Origin: an uncultured Calditrichaceae bacterium
GTDB taxonomy: Bacteria > Calditrichota > Calditrichia > RBG-13-44-9
NCBI GenBank assembly: GCA_964495805.1
Contig: CAZBWV010000088.1
Coordinates: forward strand, 28,886-92,885
Direction of reading: 5' to 3'
Length of the DNA stretch: 64,000 bases
Under the pieces are notes generated by a model. That model had not been told where the DNA came from. It ran no database searches and was given only the letters and a program-made list of their open reading frames with translations. Of this stretch, positions 27,433 to 37,309 are shown one piece after another. Both the position numbers and the translations under genes were made by a program. Every line of letters begins with the position of its first letter. The stretch's first letter is position 1.

Positions 27433-29655
27433 TCACTCTTCCGGGTGAACATTGCGGTCTAACAGCGAAACAGCAATTCCCAGAAGCAACAGGATGGAGC
27501 CTATCCACAACACGCTGATGAGCGGTTTCTCACTCACTTCAATCGCTAAAATATCCCGCGGTTCCTGCTGACCCGGTGCCGGAGCATGCAACACCAGATT
27601 GACCCGGTGAGAGGAAGCGTCCAGCGACTCAATTTGAACCTTATATGGCGTTCCGGGTATATCCACCCGATCGGACTGAAGCTTGCCGTTTTCGTACCAC
27701 ATGGCTGGCTGAAGGGTGTATTCGTGGGCACCATCCTCCCCGGTTACCGAAACGGTCAGCTCCGCTTTTACCGTCATGGGGGCACTGGTGCTGTGTTCCC
27801 CCACAATAAACCGGTTAAAGGTAATAATCAGGTTATCGATGGTCTGGGTTTCTCCATGGGTCAGGCTAATTTTGCGCGAATTCCCGAATTTGGCAGGCAT
27901 AAACGAAATAGGCGAAATGTAAATGTCCTTTTTCAAGCCCACCTGCACGTGGGGAGAAATCATGTAGCTTTTGGTGTAATCGCTGTAGTAAAACTGAGGT
28001 TCTGCTTCGTACACCCGGTTTCCCTGTTTCACCAGCAGTTTCACCCGATCCTTGCCATCCGGTTTACGCACAAAGTTGACGAATTCCACCTCATAACCGA
28101 AGCGGGTTCGTACAAACTCCCCCGCTGGCAGGGTAACTTTTTCGCTGGTATCGTACCAGGAGGAAGTGATGATGCCAATAATCATAAAAGCCAGTCCGGC
28201 ATGGGCCAGATAAGCACCGGCTTTCACCGGAACTTTTCGCAGGTAGCGAAAAATCACCCATCCGTTGGTAAAAATGGTAAACAGAGCGAGAAAGGTAAGC
28301 AAAACAGACATGGGTTGGTTCATCCCCAACAGCACGGCCACCACGGTAATCACCAGTGCCAGGCCAGCACTCACGAGAATTACGTTCCATTCGCGCAGAC
28401 GGGCGACCCTCCAGGCCAGCAGGGGAGCCAGGGCCATGGAAAGCAGCAAAAAAATTGCTACCGGCTGGCTGATGGTATTGTAAAAACTGGTGGAAACGTT
28501 GGAGGGTTGCCCCAGCAATCGGGTGTAAATGGGTGAGGATGTGGCTATGAATACGATAATGCCGGTGAACAGCAGGGTTAACATACCAATCAGAATAAAG
28601 GTCTCCCGGCTGAAAAGCCCCTCAGCAAATTTGTTCCCTTCCATGTAGCGAAAGGTTTTAAAAAAGAGGTACAGAAAGAGTCCGGCAAAGAAGGTAACAA
28701 ACGCCACCAGATACAGGTTCAAATCGGTTTCGGCGAAGGAATGGACGGAAAAATCGCCCAACACTCCGGAGCGAGTCAGAAATGAGCCCCACAGCACGGC
28801 AATAAAGGACATGCCTGCCAGGAACAGATTGGTGCGTACCAGTCCCCGTTGCCGCTGCTGAATGATCAATCCGTGGAGCAATACGGCGGTAAACAACCAG
28901 GGCACCAGGGAGGCGTTTTCCACCGGGTCCCAGGCCCAGTAACCACCCCAGCCCAGAGTTACATAGGACCAGTAGCCGCCTAAAATAATCCCGGCACCTA
29001 ACATCAGGGTGGAGAAGATGACCCAGGGGCGCGCGTCACGAATCCAGCCGTAAAAATCGCGGATGGTCATGGCGTTCAGCGCCATGGCAAATCCCACCGC
29101 AGTGGCGCTGTATCCGATAAACATTACCGGGGGATGAATAATCATCCAGGGATTTTCCAGCAAAGGATTCAGTCCGGCTCCATCGGCCGGTGTGAAACCC
29201 ACCGGTACTTCCGCATGGGTGTGCCAGATGTATGCAAAAGGACTTTTTTTCATTAAAATAAGCAGCAAAAACAGATTCACCAGCATGAAGTAGAACATCA
29301 CCAGCGGCTTTTGTCGGGTGACGGTGGAAATCAAAATCATTCCGTAAACGGTCGCAAACACCAGCCACAGCAAAAAGGTTCCTTCCTGCCCGGCCCAGAA
29401 GGTGGAAATCAAATAATACGTGGAAAGCTGGGAGGAAGTATAACTGTACACATAATTCAATTGAAAATTGTGGGTAAAAATATTGAAATAAAGCAGTGCG
29501 GAGGCAATTATCACACCGATTCCCATAAAACTGAAACCGGTGTTGGCCAGCCGCAGAAACCGCTCATCTTTTTCCTGATAATACAGCCAATACGCCGCGG
29601 TAGAAACCGCCGCAGCAATAAACGCCAGAGAAATGGATAAAATACCGCTTATCAT
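27433..29655 (-). CDS. ccmF: cytochrome c-type biogenesis protein CcmF (haem lyase component)
   Basis: WWD domain WGGYWAWDPVENASLVPWL and a multi-TM protein of about 740 aa. I took the start at MISGIL, which overlaps the ccmE stop by 4 nt. Confidence 0.85.
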   Translation of the reverse strand: MISGILSISLAFIAAAVSTAAYWLYYQEKDERFLRLANTGFSFMGIGVIIASALLYFNIFTHNFQLNYVYSYTSSQLSTYYLISTFWAGQEGTFLLWLVFATVYGMILISTVTRQKPLVMFYFMLVNLFLLLILMKKSPFAYIWHTHAEVPVGFTPADGAGLNPLLENPWMIIHPPVMFIGYSATAVGFAMALNAMTIRDFYGWIRDARPWVIFSTLMLGAGIILGGYWSYVTLGWGGYWAWDPVENASLVPWLFTAVLLHGLIIQQRQRGLVRTNLFLAGMSFIAVLWGSFLTRSGVLGDFSVHSFAETDLNLYLVAFVTFFAGLFLYLFFKTFRYMEGNKFAEGLFSRETFILIGMLTLLFTGIIVFIATSSPIYTRLLGQPSNVSTSFYNTISQPVAIFLLLSMALAPLLAWRVARLREWNVILVSAGLALVITVVAVLLGMNQPMSVLLTFLALFTIFTNGWVIFRYLRKVPVKAGAYLAHAGLAFMIIGIITSSWYDTSEKVTLPAGEFVRTRFGYEVEFVNFVRKPDGKDRVKLLVKQGNRVYEAEPQFYYSDYTKSYMISPHVQVGLKKDIYISPISFMPAKFGNSRKISLTHGETQTIDNLIITFNRFIVGEHSTSAPMTVKAELTVSVTGEDGAHEYTLQPAMWYENGKLQSDRVDIPGTPYKVQIESLDASSHRVNLVLHAPAPGQQEPRDILAIEVSEKPLISVLWIGSILLLLGIAVSLLDRNVHPEE

Positions 29656-30026
29656 GAGGAGGCTCCTTCCGCTTGATATTTCGAAGGACATTTCACCAGT
29701 AGCTTATCCGCCAGAAATTTACCATCTTCGTACCGGCCAACTACCACCACTTCCGTGGCCTGTTCCAGATTGGCTGGTTTCACTCCGTGATACACCACTT
29801 CAAACTCTTCGCCCGAATCATCTTTCATGCGAAACATCAACACCTTCCGCTGTAAATCGTAAAATTCGCTGCCCTCAATCCGCTTCCCCTTCACCTGAAC
29901 CGTAGATTGACTCTTCTTAGCCTCTTCCAGAGAAACATACGGGGTTAACGACTTGCTCAAATTGATCGCAGCAAATATGATGAACACCAGAATAATCCCT
30001 ATTCCAATGATGTATTTCGGTTTCAT
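29652..30026 (-). CDS. ccmE: haem chaperone CcmE, CxxxY variant
   Basis: N-terminal anchor then OB-fold (FRMKDDSGEEFEVVYHGVKP...VVVGRY...FLADKLLVKCPSKY). The haem-binding position carries C-P-S-K-Y instead of the canonical H-x-x-x-Y. Confidence 0.8.
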   Translation of the reverse strand: MKPKYIIGIGIILVFIIFAAINLSKSLTPYVSLEEAKKSQSTVQVKGKRIEGSEFYDLQRKVLMFRMKDDSGEEFEVVYHGVKPANLEQATEVVVVGRYEDGKFLADKLLVKCPSKYQAEGASS

Positions 30027-30044
30027 TCACAGCACTCCGCTATT

Positions 30045-30188
30045 TTATGACTTTTCTTTTTCTTCTTCCTGCAGAAAATCCAGTTGAAGTTGCAGCTTCT
30101 TCAACTGGCGGTCCAGATAAAACAGATAGGAAAAGACCCCCGCCCAGATAATCAGGCAAACCACCAGAACCACGTAAATATCGCTCAT
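30045..30188 (-). CDS. ccmD: CcmD-like small membrane protein; not in the ORF track
   Basis: 47-aa ORF MSDIYVVLVVCLIIWAGVFSYLFYLDRQLKKLQLQLDFLQEEEKEKS between ccmC and ccmE. One TM helix followed by a charged tail, as in CcmD. Confidence 0.5.
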   Translation of the reverse strand: MSDIYVVLVVCLIIWAGVFSYLFYLDRQLKKLQLQLDFLQEEEKEKS

Positions 30189-30203
30189 TCCGGAACCCTT
30201 TCT

Positions 30204-30872
30204 TTATTCTTTCAATGCTTCCAGTTTGCGTTTCATGAATACCGCGTGTACCTTCAGGCGAAGCATCCAGTAAAACAGGACGGTAAATCCGGCCAGAGAG
30301 GCCAGAAACACCTGCAGCATGCGAGCATCCATGTTGATTTTTCCCTGCTGGTTAATTAACGGATCGGGATGCAGGGATTGGTACACCCGGGGAATGATAA
30401 ACACAAAAAACGGTACGGTAACAAAGGCGATGAGAGAATAGACCGCAGAAAGTCGTGCCTTTTGTTCTTCCGTTTCGATGGCGGAGCGCAGGGCAAAATA
30501 AGCTGCGTAAATAAGCAAGAGAATAAAAATGGAGGTTTCGCGCGGGTCCCAATTCCAGAACGAATGCCAGATTTTACTGGCCCAGATGGAACCGGTCACC
30601 GTGGCTAAAATGGTGAACATTAATCCGATTTGCGCCGAGGAGGCTGCCCAAACATCGTAGCTGGCCAGCGGATTCCGCAAATAGCGAAAAGAATAAACCG
30701 CTGAGATCAAAAAAGAGAGGGTAGCTACCCAGGCACAGGGTACGTGAAAGAAAATGATTCGGGAAGTTTGCCCCAGCCCCTTTGCCGGTGGTGCATACAA
30801 AAACGCCCCGGCAATCACCAGCATCATCCAGAATCCTGTCAGATATTTCCACCAATCTTTCCGCCAGCTCAT
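30204..30872 (-). CDS. ccmC: haem exporter protein CcmC
   Basis: WWD motif WHSFWNWDPRETS and 6 TM helices. Confidence 0.85.
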   Translation of the reverse strand: MSWRKDWWKYLTGFWMMLVIAGAFLYAPPAKGLGQTSRIIFFHVPCAWVATLSFLISAVYSFRYLRNPLASYDVWAASSAQIGLMFTILATVTGSIWASKIWHSFWNWDPRETSIFILLLIYAAYFALRSAIETEEQKARLSAVYSLIAFVTVPFFVFIIPRVYQSLHPDPLINQQGKINMDARMLQVFLASLAGFTVLFYWMLRLKVHAVFMKRKLEALKE

Positions 30873-31534
30873 TATTTTCTCCAGATGAACTCAAACAGAA
30901 TCAACGACAGCGTGATAATGACCACAGAAAAAGAAAATAACACCTGCAAATCGGATATACAATTAGAAAATGTTGTACCATCCATACTCAATCGGGTTCC
31001 GTGGATAGCGGAGATGAGAATGGGAAGCGCAATAGGGAACGAAAGCACGGCGAACAGAGCTCCCCGCGCACTGGCCTGGGAGATGATAGCCGCAATCAGG
31101 GTGGAAACCGATGCCAGCCCAATGCTCCCCAGCACCAGAAATAAAAAGAATAGCCCCACGCTCTCCACGGAAAGGTTCATCATAGCAAAAAACAGGGGAA
31201 TAATAATCAGCTCCAGAGCAAACAGCAGCAACACATTAAAGAACCACTTCCCCAAAAACACTGTGTTGGGGGTGGTAACCAGTCGCAACGTATCGGCGGT
31301 TTGCTGTTCCTCCTCCCGCACAAAAATGTGAGAAAGACCGGACATGGCCGAGAAGAAAAGAATAATCCACAGCAGCGGCGCCAGAATTTCGCTGCGCAAG
31401 CGTACCGGCCCCAACGAAAAACTGATCGCAGTCAGTGTGGTGATGGCGAACATGAGAATGGCGTTCATGGCATAGCGGGTACGGAATTCCAGATGCAAGT
31501 CCTTTAAAAACACAATGTACGCTTTACCCAGCAA
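30872..31534 (-). CDS. ccmB: haem exporter permease CcmB
   Basis: Aligns with CcmB from the IVFLKDLHLEFRTRY region onward. I propose a TTG start 7 nt after a GGGAGGTG SD, overlapping the ccmA stop. The ORF-track Met start at 31585 would overlap ccmA by 62 nt. Confidence 0.7.
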   Translation of the reverse strand: MLGKAYIVFLKDLHLEFRTRYAMNAILMFAITTLTAISFSLGPVRLRSEILAPLLWIILFFSAMSGLSHIFVREEEQQTADTLRLVTTPNTVFLGKWFFNVLLLFALELIIIPLFFAMMNLSVESVGLFFLFLVLGSIGLASVSTLIAAIISQASARGALFAVLSFPIALPILISAIHGTRLSMDGTTFSNCISDLQVLFSFSVVIITLSLILFEFIWRK

Positions 31535-32141
31535 GATGCACCTCCCGATCGCCAAAGCGGATTTCCTGCGGTTCGTTGGTGGCAAGAATCAGAATCTTTT
31601 CTTTCTTTTGCTCCTGCATAATTTCGTACACAGTGGCGGTGCCCTCTTCATCCAGATTGGAGGTGGGTTCGTCCAGTATCAAAATGTCCGGCTGATGGAA
31701 CAGCGCCATCACATATTTCACCCGTTGCAGCATGCCGGAGGAATATGTACGCAGTTCGTCCATTTCGCGCCCCTTCAGCCCTAACCGCTCCATCCAGCGG
31801 CGAAATAACGATACATCCACCGGAAGTCCGCGAATGCGTGCGAAAAATGTGTAATTTTCCAGTGCGGTTAAATTGTTGTACAGCTGAAGGTAAGGACCCA
31901 CCAATCCGATATGGGGATAGATTCTCTCATTGGGAATCGCCCGGTTATCGCGCAAAAAGCGCACCTGCCCGCGATAAGGTCGAATCAACTGGCAAATGAT
32001 ACGCACCAGTGTGGTCTTTCCCGAACCGTTATGACCGGTAAGCACCAGAGATTCCCCGCTGCTTACCCGAAAAGAAATGTCCCGAAAGATAATCCGGCGG
32101 TTAAACTGCTGAGTAATATGTTCCGCTTCAATTTGCCACAT
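31524..32141 (-). CDS. ccmA: haem exporter ATPase CcmA (ABC)
   Basis: Walker A GHNGSGKTT, signature YSSGMLQRV, Walker B ILILDEPTSNLD. Confidence 0.85.
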   Translation of the reverse strand: MWQIEAEHITQQFNRRIIFRDISFRVSSGESLVLTGHNGSGKTTLVRIICQLIRPYRGQVRFLRDNRAIPNERIYPHIGLVGPYLQLYNNLTALENYTFFARIRGLPVDVSLFRRWMERLGLKGREMDELRTYSSGMLQRVKYVMALFHQPDILILDEPTSNLDEEGTATVYEIMQEQKKEKILILATNEPQEIRFGDREVHLAG

Positions 32142-32439
32142 GGTGTACTTTCTGCTTGCTGGAACCGGTTCTCAATAAGGCCAAATATAATGTATTTCGG
32201 GGAATGAAAAAAGGGATTTCGGGGAAAGAAGGTTCAAGGGGTTTATCTGACCGGAATGCGTGAAAGACCCGTGGGAGCTGGTAATCGGGTATCCCCCATC
32301 AGGCCAAAATATTTTACCGTGAGGATGGTCGGATGCCAGAGGGTCAAACGAATCGGTGCAGAGGAAACACCTTCAACCCGGGAAAATCCCGAAAATCCGG
32401 TTCCCTCTGATGAACCCATCAGCAATCATCTCCCCTGCC

Positions 32440-32679
32440 CTACTTGCGAAACTTTTCCAGAATCAGCTCTTCTAACATTTCTTTGAGGTGCGGATTGTCT
32501 ATTTTGACCATGTCCACATATTTTCCGGTACGAGTACGTTCGGAGGGCATGCCCACAAACAGACCGTTTTCTCCTTCCACCACCCGAAATCCACGAATGA
32601 CGAATCCCTCACTGGTCCGAACATCCACCAGTGCTTTTACCTTCCCATAGTTTACTTTCCGAACACCAACAATTTCCAT
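32440..32679 (-). CDS. spoVG: SpoVG-family regulatory protein
   Basis: MEIVGVRKVN...FVIRGFRVVEGENGLFVGMPSERT matches the SpoVG core. I trimmed the start to MEIV. Confidence 0.8.
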   Translation of the reverse strand: MEIVGVRKVNYGKVKALVDVRTSEGFVIRGFRVVEGENGLFVGMPSERTRTGKYVDMVKIDNPHLKEMLEELILEKFRK

Positions 32680-32756
32680 TGCGTCCCACACATCCTTTTT
32701 AAATGATCAACGCCTCCGCAGAAAGGCAAAAACAGACCTTCCCCGGTGGTAATCCA

Positions 32757-33524
32757 TTAAATAATCCCCAGCACCTGCTGCTTCACCCAACCCACTTTGC
32801 CATCCGGCAGGCTAATCTCCGCCCATTCATCCCGTACCTCTTCGATATGCACTTTCACTCCTTCGTGCAGAACGAACACATCAGCGCTGTCTTCGTTAGG
32901 AGCGCTAAGGACGGTGACCGACGGAGTCAGCACAATGGCTTCGCGGTGGGTTTTTAGCTCATCGATGCGCAGGGAGTAAATGTACGCAGCAAACACAAAC
33001 AGAATTCCCAGCACCACAGCCACCGAAACCGCCAACCGGCGAATCCGATCGTTTCGAATAAATAGCCACAGAATTAAAAATGCCACCGCCAGTACAAAAA
33101 GGGTCGGAAGCAACCGGGTGAGCTGACGAATGGAGAAGAGATACTTGACCGCATCCCACCATTCCAACAGAAAGAAACGGGGCGGTTGGTCCACTTTATC
33201 CAGAATACGCAGGTTGGCCAGTTCCAGATTGTAGCGGATGTCCGGGTCGTTGGGTGCCAGTTTGCGCGCTTTTTCGTAATACAAAATGGCTTTGCCGATT
33301 TTGTTGAGCCGGTAGTAACAGTTGCCAATATTGTAGTAAAGTTCCGGGCTTTCGTACCCCTGCGCCAGAATCTGCTGATACGCCTGCAATGCCTGCTGGT
33401 AATCCTTTTGCTGGTACGCCAGGTTCCCCTGCCGATAGAGCTCCTCCACATTGCTGGCCAACAGAGGAAAGACCATCAGAAGCAACCAGAGCCACAGGTT
33501 TGTATGTTTTCCGTTCCGAATCAT
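32757..33524 (-). CDS. batE: BatE-like protein (TPR + TM + SH3b)
   Basis: Signal, TPR units (LYYNIGNCYYRLNKIGKAILYYEKARKLAPND), a TM segment and a C-terminal SH3-like region (GKVGWVKQQVL). Its size and its position last in the cluster fit BatE. Confidence 0.65.
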   Translation of the reverse strand: MIRNGKHTNLWLWLLLMVFPLLASNVEELYRQGNLAYQQKDYQQALQAYQQILAQGYESPELYYNIGNCYYRLNKIGKAILYYEKARKLAPNDPDIRYNLELANLRILDKVDQPPRFFLLEWWDAVKYLFSIRQLTRLLPTLFVLAVAFLILWLFIRNDRIRRLAVSVAVVLGILFVFAAYIYSLRIDELKTHREAIVLTPSVTVLSAPNEDSADVFVLHEGVKVHIEEVRDEWAEISLPDGKVGWVKQQVLGII

Positions 33525-33557
33525 GTTTCCCGCTTTTCTTTGGATTTTCCGTTTGAG

Positions 33558-35423
33558 TTAAAAATACTTTGCCATTTGCACCAGAATTTTTTCCGCTCGC
33601 CGGTAGAATTGTTCCATTTCTTCCCGGTTAGGTGTCCCCGGAGCAAAGCGGCGGAAGTCCGCTTCATCCAGGCATTTGAGAAATTCCCGGGTCAGTTCAT
33701 CGTCCACCTGTTTTTCGCGGAGCAGCTGAACCACCTGCTCCCTGAGCAACCCGGCAGCTGGCTGATTGGTTTTATCCGCCAGGTAACCAATCAGTGCCCG
33801 GGAAACTTCGCCATAAAAATCACTGGCAAGCTCAGGTTTGAGCAATCCGCGGGCTTTTTTCAGATGGGCACGTGCCTGCCGGTGCGCTTTGCGACTGCGT
33901 GCGTACCGCACATCCCGGCTCATCCGCTCCAGATGCATCCGGTAACTCCAGGCCATACCCAGCAGCATCAGAGAAAACAGGGGAATTCCCCAGAACCACC
34001 ACACCCGATATGGCATTTCGCCAATTTCGTAAAAAGCAGGTAGCCGATCCTTGATGAACCGAATATCCCGACCAAGCAATTTCACCGCTTCTTTTGCCAC
34101 ATATCCGTCGCCTGCCGGAGTTCCGGCAATGGTTTTACCCGGTAAAACGTGCACTACAAATTCCGGCACGGTTAAATCGTGGTACTGACGATCGTCGGGA
34201 TTAAAATAGCTCAAATGCATCTCATCAATTTTCAAATCGCCCGGTACCCGGGGAATGAGCACATATTCGAATTCCTTGTTGCTCACCACTACGGAGCCGC
34301 TTTTACTCACCGATTGGGTGATTTTCGGCTCGTACACTTCGAAATCCGGTGAATGTTTCAGCGGCAATTCATTCAGTAACTTCAGCAACCCCTTGCCAGA
34401 GAGTTTGACTTTGTAGGAAATCGCCTCGTTGGTTTTGCAGGTTTGCTTATCCAGGGAATAATGGATTTTAAAATCGCCCACCAGTCCGGTAAAATCGGCG
34501 GGTTTTCCTTCCTGAGGTAGTGGTAACACATTAAGCTGCAGGGCACCGGAGCTTACTTTTTTACGTACCACCTGCCCGAACGGATCGCTAAAGAACTGAT
34601 CGAAAATATCCATAGGATTGCGCCGCCGGGGCACTACCAACTCCAGCATCAGCTCCATAGGCGAAATGGTAATTTTGCCCGGTCGGGAGGGAAACAGGGC
34701 AATTTTGCGTACTTCCGCCACGTTGTACTGTTTTCCGTTCACCACTTCGGTGTGCACGCTTAACCGCTGCGGTTGGGGAAATTCCTCCACCCAGCAACCG
34801 ACCGCTTCGGGCAGTTTCAGCACTTTACTATCGTTAATATTCACCCGAAAGTAGATTTTGTAGCGCAGCAACACCTGCTGGTTAACGTAAACGGTTTTTT
34901 GCGATGGGATGACGCGCAGGAAGACCAGATCGCTCAAATTTCTGCTTTTGCTTCGGCGGGAGGTGCCTCCCGGAGCGGGAGCTGTGCTCCGTGGCCGGGC
35001 ACCGGATTTAACCACCTCCACGGTAACGGAGTTGGAACGAATGGTTTTCCCCTTGTATTTCGCCCGGGCAGGGGCAATGGTAAACCGCCCCACCGATTTG
35101 GGCATTAATATAAAGGAGTACGTCTTGCTGGCACTCATTTTAAAATTAATAATCTGGAAGGATGTGGAGACGTTGGGACCGGAAAGAATGTCGAACTGGC
35201 TTAAATCGGGGAATTCTACATCGGGTAGATTTTGCTGGGAACCGCTGATCTCCACCTCGTACACGAATTGCTCGTCTTCCGGTACAGGATTTTTATCCAC
35301 CCGGGCAATGAGCTGGATGTCGCCCGCTGAGGCACCCGGAGAAAACATGAATATCAGCAACAGGATTCCCCCAATCCAGGATGTGATTCCTACTCTGTTC
35401 ATATCACCAGTCCTTTTCCACAT
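33558..35423 (-). CDS. batD: BatD-like membrane protein
   Basis: 621 aa: N-terminal BatD-type secreted domain, a central TM segment, and a C-terminal helical domain. It follows batC. Confidence 0.65.
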   Translation of the reverse strand: MWKRTGDMNRVGITSWIGGILLLIFMFSPGASAGDIQLIARVDKNPVPEDEQFVYEVEISGSQQNLPDVEFPDLSQFDILSGPNVSTSFQIINFKMSASKTYSFILMPKSVGRFTIAPARAKYKGKTIRSNSVTVEVVKSGARPRSTAPAPGGTSRRSKSRNLSDLVFLRVIPSQKTVYVNQQVLLRYKIYFRVNINDSKVLKLPEAVGCWVEEFPQPQRLSVHTEVVNGKQYNVAEVRKIALFPSRPGKITISPMELMLELVVPRRRNPMDIFDQFFSDPFGQVVRKKVSSGALQLNVLPLPQEGKPADFTGLVGDFKIHYSLDKQTCKTNEAISYKVKLSGKGLLKLLNELPLKHSPDFEVYEPKITQSVSKSGSVVVSNKEFEYVLIPRVPGDLKIDEMHLSYFNPDDRQYHDLTVPEFVVHVLPGKTIAGTPAGDGYVAKEAVKLLGRDIRFIKDRLPAFYEIGEMPYRVWWFWGIPLFSLMLLGMAWSYRMHLERMSRDVRYARSRKAHRQARAHLKKARGLLKPELASDFYGEVSRALIGYLADKTNQPAAGLLREQVVQLLREKQVDDELTREFLKCLDEADFRRFAPGTPNREEMEQFYRRAEKILVQMAKYF

Positions 35424-36222
35424 GTCGTTTTCCTGCCGGTAATCGCATCCGGCGCAGTTTCTGGTTTTCTTTTTCCTTGCTACGCAGCGCCTGCAAAATG
35501 CGTTCGGCTTCCTCTTTGCTTAACGCTTTTTTCTTCCCATGCTGAGCTTGTTGCTGCTCCCCTTTTTTATTTTTCTGCTGCTGGTTGCCCTGCTGAGGTG
35601 TTTGCAAGCTATCCCGGCGTGTTTGATTCTGTTCTCCGCTTTGCGGATTGGGTTTATTTTTCTGCTGCTGTTTTTGCTGATCGTTCGGCTTTTGTCCGGA
35701 TTGTTGTTGCTGGTTCTGGCGGGAATTCTGCTGCGAATTGGACTGTTGTTGGGGCTGTTTTTGCGCCATTTCCTTCAGCCGGGCACGAACCAGCTCCAGA
35801 TTGTGTTTGGCGTCCAGGTCATCCGGATTTATTTCCAGCGCTTTTTTATAGCTCTGAATCGCTTCCTGAAATTTGTTCATGAAATAGTAAGTATTCCCCA
35901 TGTTGTAATATATTTGCTCGCGCAGTTGCGGGTCTTCCGTCGCCAGGGCTTTCTGGTATTCCTTCAGCGCATCCTGGTACCGCTTTTTCTTGTACAGGGC
36001 TTCGGCCAGATTATAGTGCCCGATCGGATCGGTGGGATCATCCAGCTGGGCATCCTGAAAGAACTTGAGCGCTTCGTCCCACTGCTCTTTCTGAAAAGCT
36101 TGAACCCCTCGATTGGTTTTTCCCCGATCCACATCCGCACGAAGGGTGCCCACTCCCGCCATCAAAAGCAGGCATACGGCCAAACTGTTACGAAGCCATC
36201 GATACATCACTGCTCCCTGCAA
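35404..36222 (-). CDS. batC: BatC-like TPR protein with a Q/N/K-rich low-complexity tail
   Basis: TPR units (HYNLAEALYKKKRYQDALKEYQKAL...) followed by about 90 aa of QQQ/NQQ/KNK repeats. Confidence 0.6.
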   Translation of the reverse strand: MQGAVMYRWLRNSLAVCLLLMAGVGTLRADVDRGKTNRGVQAFQKEQWDEALKFFQDAQLDDPTDPIGHYNLAEALYKKKRYQDALKEYQKALATEDPQLREQIYYNMGNTYYFMNKFQEAIQSYKKALEINPDDLDAKHNLELVRARLKEMAQKQPQQQSNSQQNSRQNQQQQSGQKPNDQQKQQQKNKPNPQSGEQNQTRRDSLQTPQQGNQQQKNKKGEQQQAQHGKKKALSKEEAERILQALRSKEKENQKLRRMRLPAGKRHVEKDW

Positions 36223-37243
36223 TTTTCATTTGACGGATTCGTTTTCGTTCGCTCAGTACGGATTCCAGCACCAGCACCAGCAGTGCCAGCAACAGAAAAA
36301 TCTGAAACCGGTCCTCGAACTGACTGAACTTCCGGGAGGCAAGCTCTTTTTTCTCCATGGCAGAAATTTCGCCGTAAATCTTTTCCAGCTCGCTTTCGCC
36401 AGTGCTACTAATATAGTATTTTCCTCCCGTTTCGAAAGCAATCTTTTCCAGTGTTAACACATCCAGTTTGGTCGTCACAATCTGCCCCTGACGATCCTTT
36501 TTGTAACCAATCCGATTGCCATAGCGGTCGTACTCCGGAATGGGAGCACCCTGCGGCGAACCGATTCCGATAGTATAGATGACAATTCCTTCCTGAGCAG
36601 CTTCCTTGGCGGCTTTCACCGGATCGCCTTCATGGTCCTCGCCATCGGTAATTAAAATGAGCACTTTGTGCTTGTATTCCTTGGTGACGAAGGATTTCAT
36701 CGCTGTGCGGATAGCGCTGGCTATGGCGGTGCCAGGCTGTGGAATGACATCGGTATCCACTGAGCTCAGAAACAGCTTGGCGGCGGAGTAATCCAGCGTC
36801 AGGGGGCACTGTACAAAAGCGATGCCAGCAAAACAGATGAGTCCAATGCGGTCGCCGTTCAGGTGATCGATAAACGTGGCAATTTCATGTTTGGCTTTCT
36901 CCAATCGGTTGGGTGGAACATCTTCTGCCAGCATGCTTTTGGATACATCCAGCGCCACAAAAATATCCACCCCTTTGCGTTTGACCTGCACCAGCCTGGT
37001 ACCAATTTGCGGATCGGCCAGCGCCAGAATCAGCAACGAAACAGCCAACACCACCAGCACACTTTTCCACACCTGCTTTTTACGGCTTACTGTACCCGTC
37101 AGCCTTGCCACCAATTCTTCGTCTCCAATCCGCTTCAGAAGGCGACGCTTTTCCCGGAAGCTCCACCAGAAAAACAGGATGAGCGCTGGCACCAGCCAGT
37201 ACAGATGAAAAAAATATGGATTGGCGAAACGCAACATAGTCAA
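36188..37243 (-). CDS. batB: BatB-like vWA-domain membrane protein
   Basis: N-terminal TM helices and a vWA domain with MIDAS (DVSKSM ... ITDGEDHEGD). Confidence 0.75.
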   Translation of the reverse strand: MTMLRFANPYFFHLYWLVPALILFFWWSFREKRRLLKRIGDEELVARLTGTVSRKKQVWKSVLVVLAVSLLILALADPQIGTRLVQVKRKGVDIFVALDVSKSMLAEDVPPNRLEKAKHEIATFIDHLNGDRIGLICFAGIAFVQCPLTLDYSAAKLFLSSVDTDVIPQPGTAIASAIRTAMKSFVTKEYKHKVLILITDGEDHEGDPVKAAKEAAQEGIVIYTIGIGSPQGAPIPEYDRYGNRIGYKKDRQGQIVTTKLDVLTLEKIAFETGGKYYISSTGESELEKIYGEISAMEKKELASRKFSQFEDRFQIFLLLALLVLVLESVLSERKRIRQMKIAGSSDVSMAS

Positions 37244-37309
37244 TCAACAAGTTTGAACTAAAAATTCTGAACTCATATAAAATCAGGCTCTCAATGAACC
37301 GGAAATTGC

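Noticed and set aside
32200-32440. RNase P, SRP or tmRNA gene in the spoVG-ccmA gap
   Set aside because: The region is too short for RNase P or tmRNA and lacks their conserved boxes; for example there is no GGAAAGUCCGG...AGGGCA run and no tRNA-like 3' end. It is kept only as an unexplained leader.
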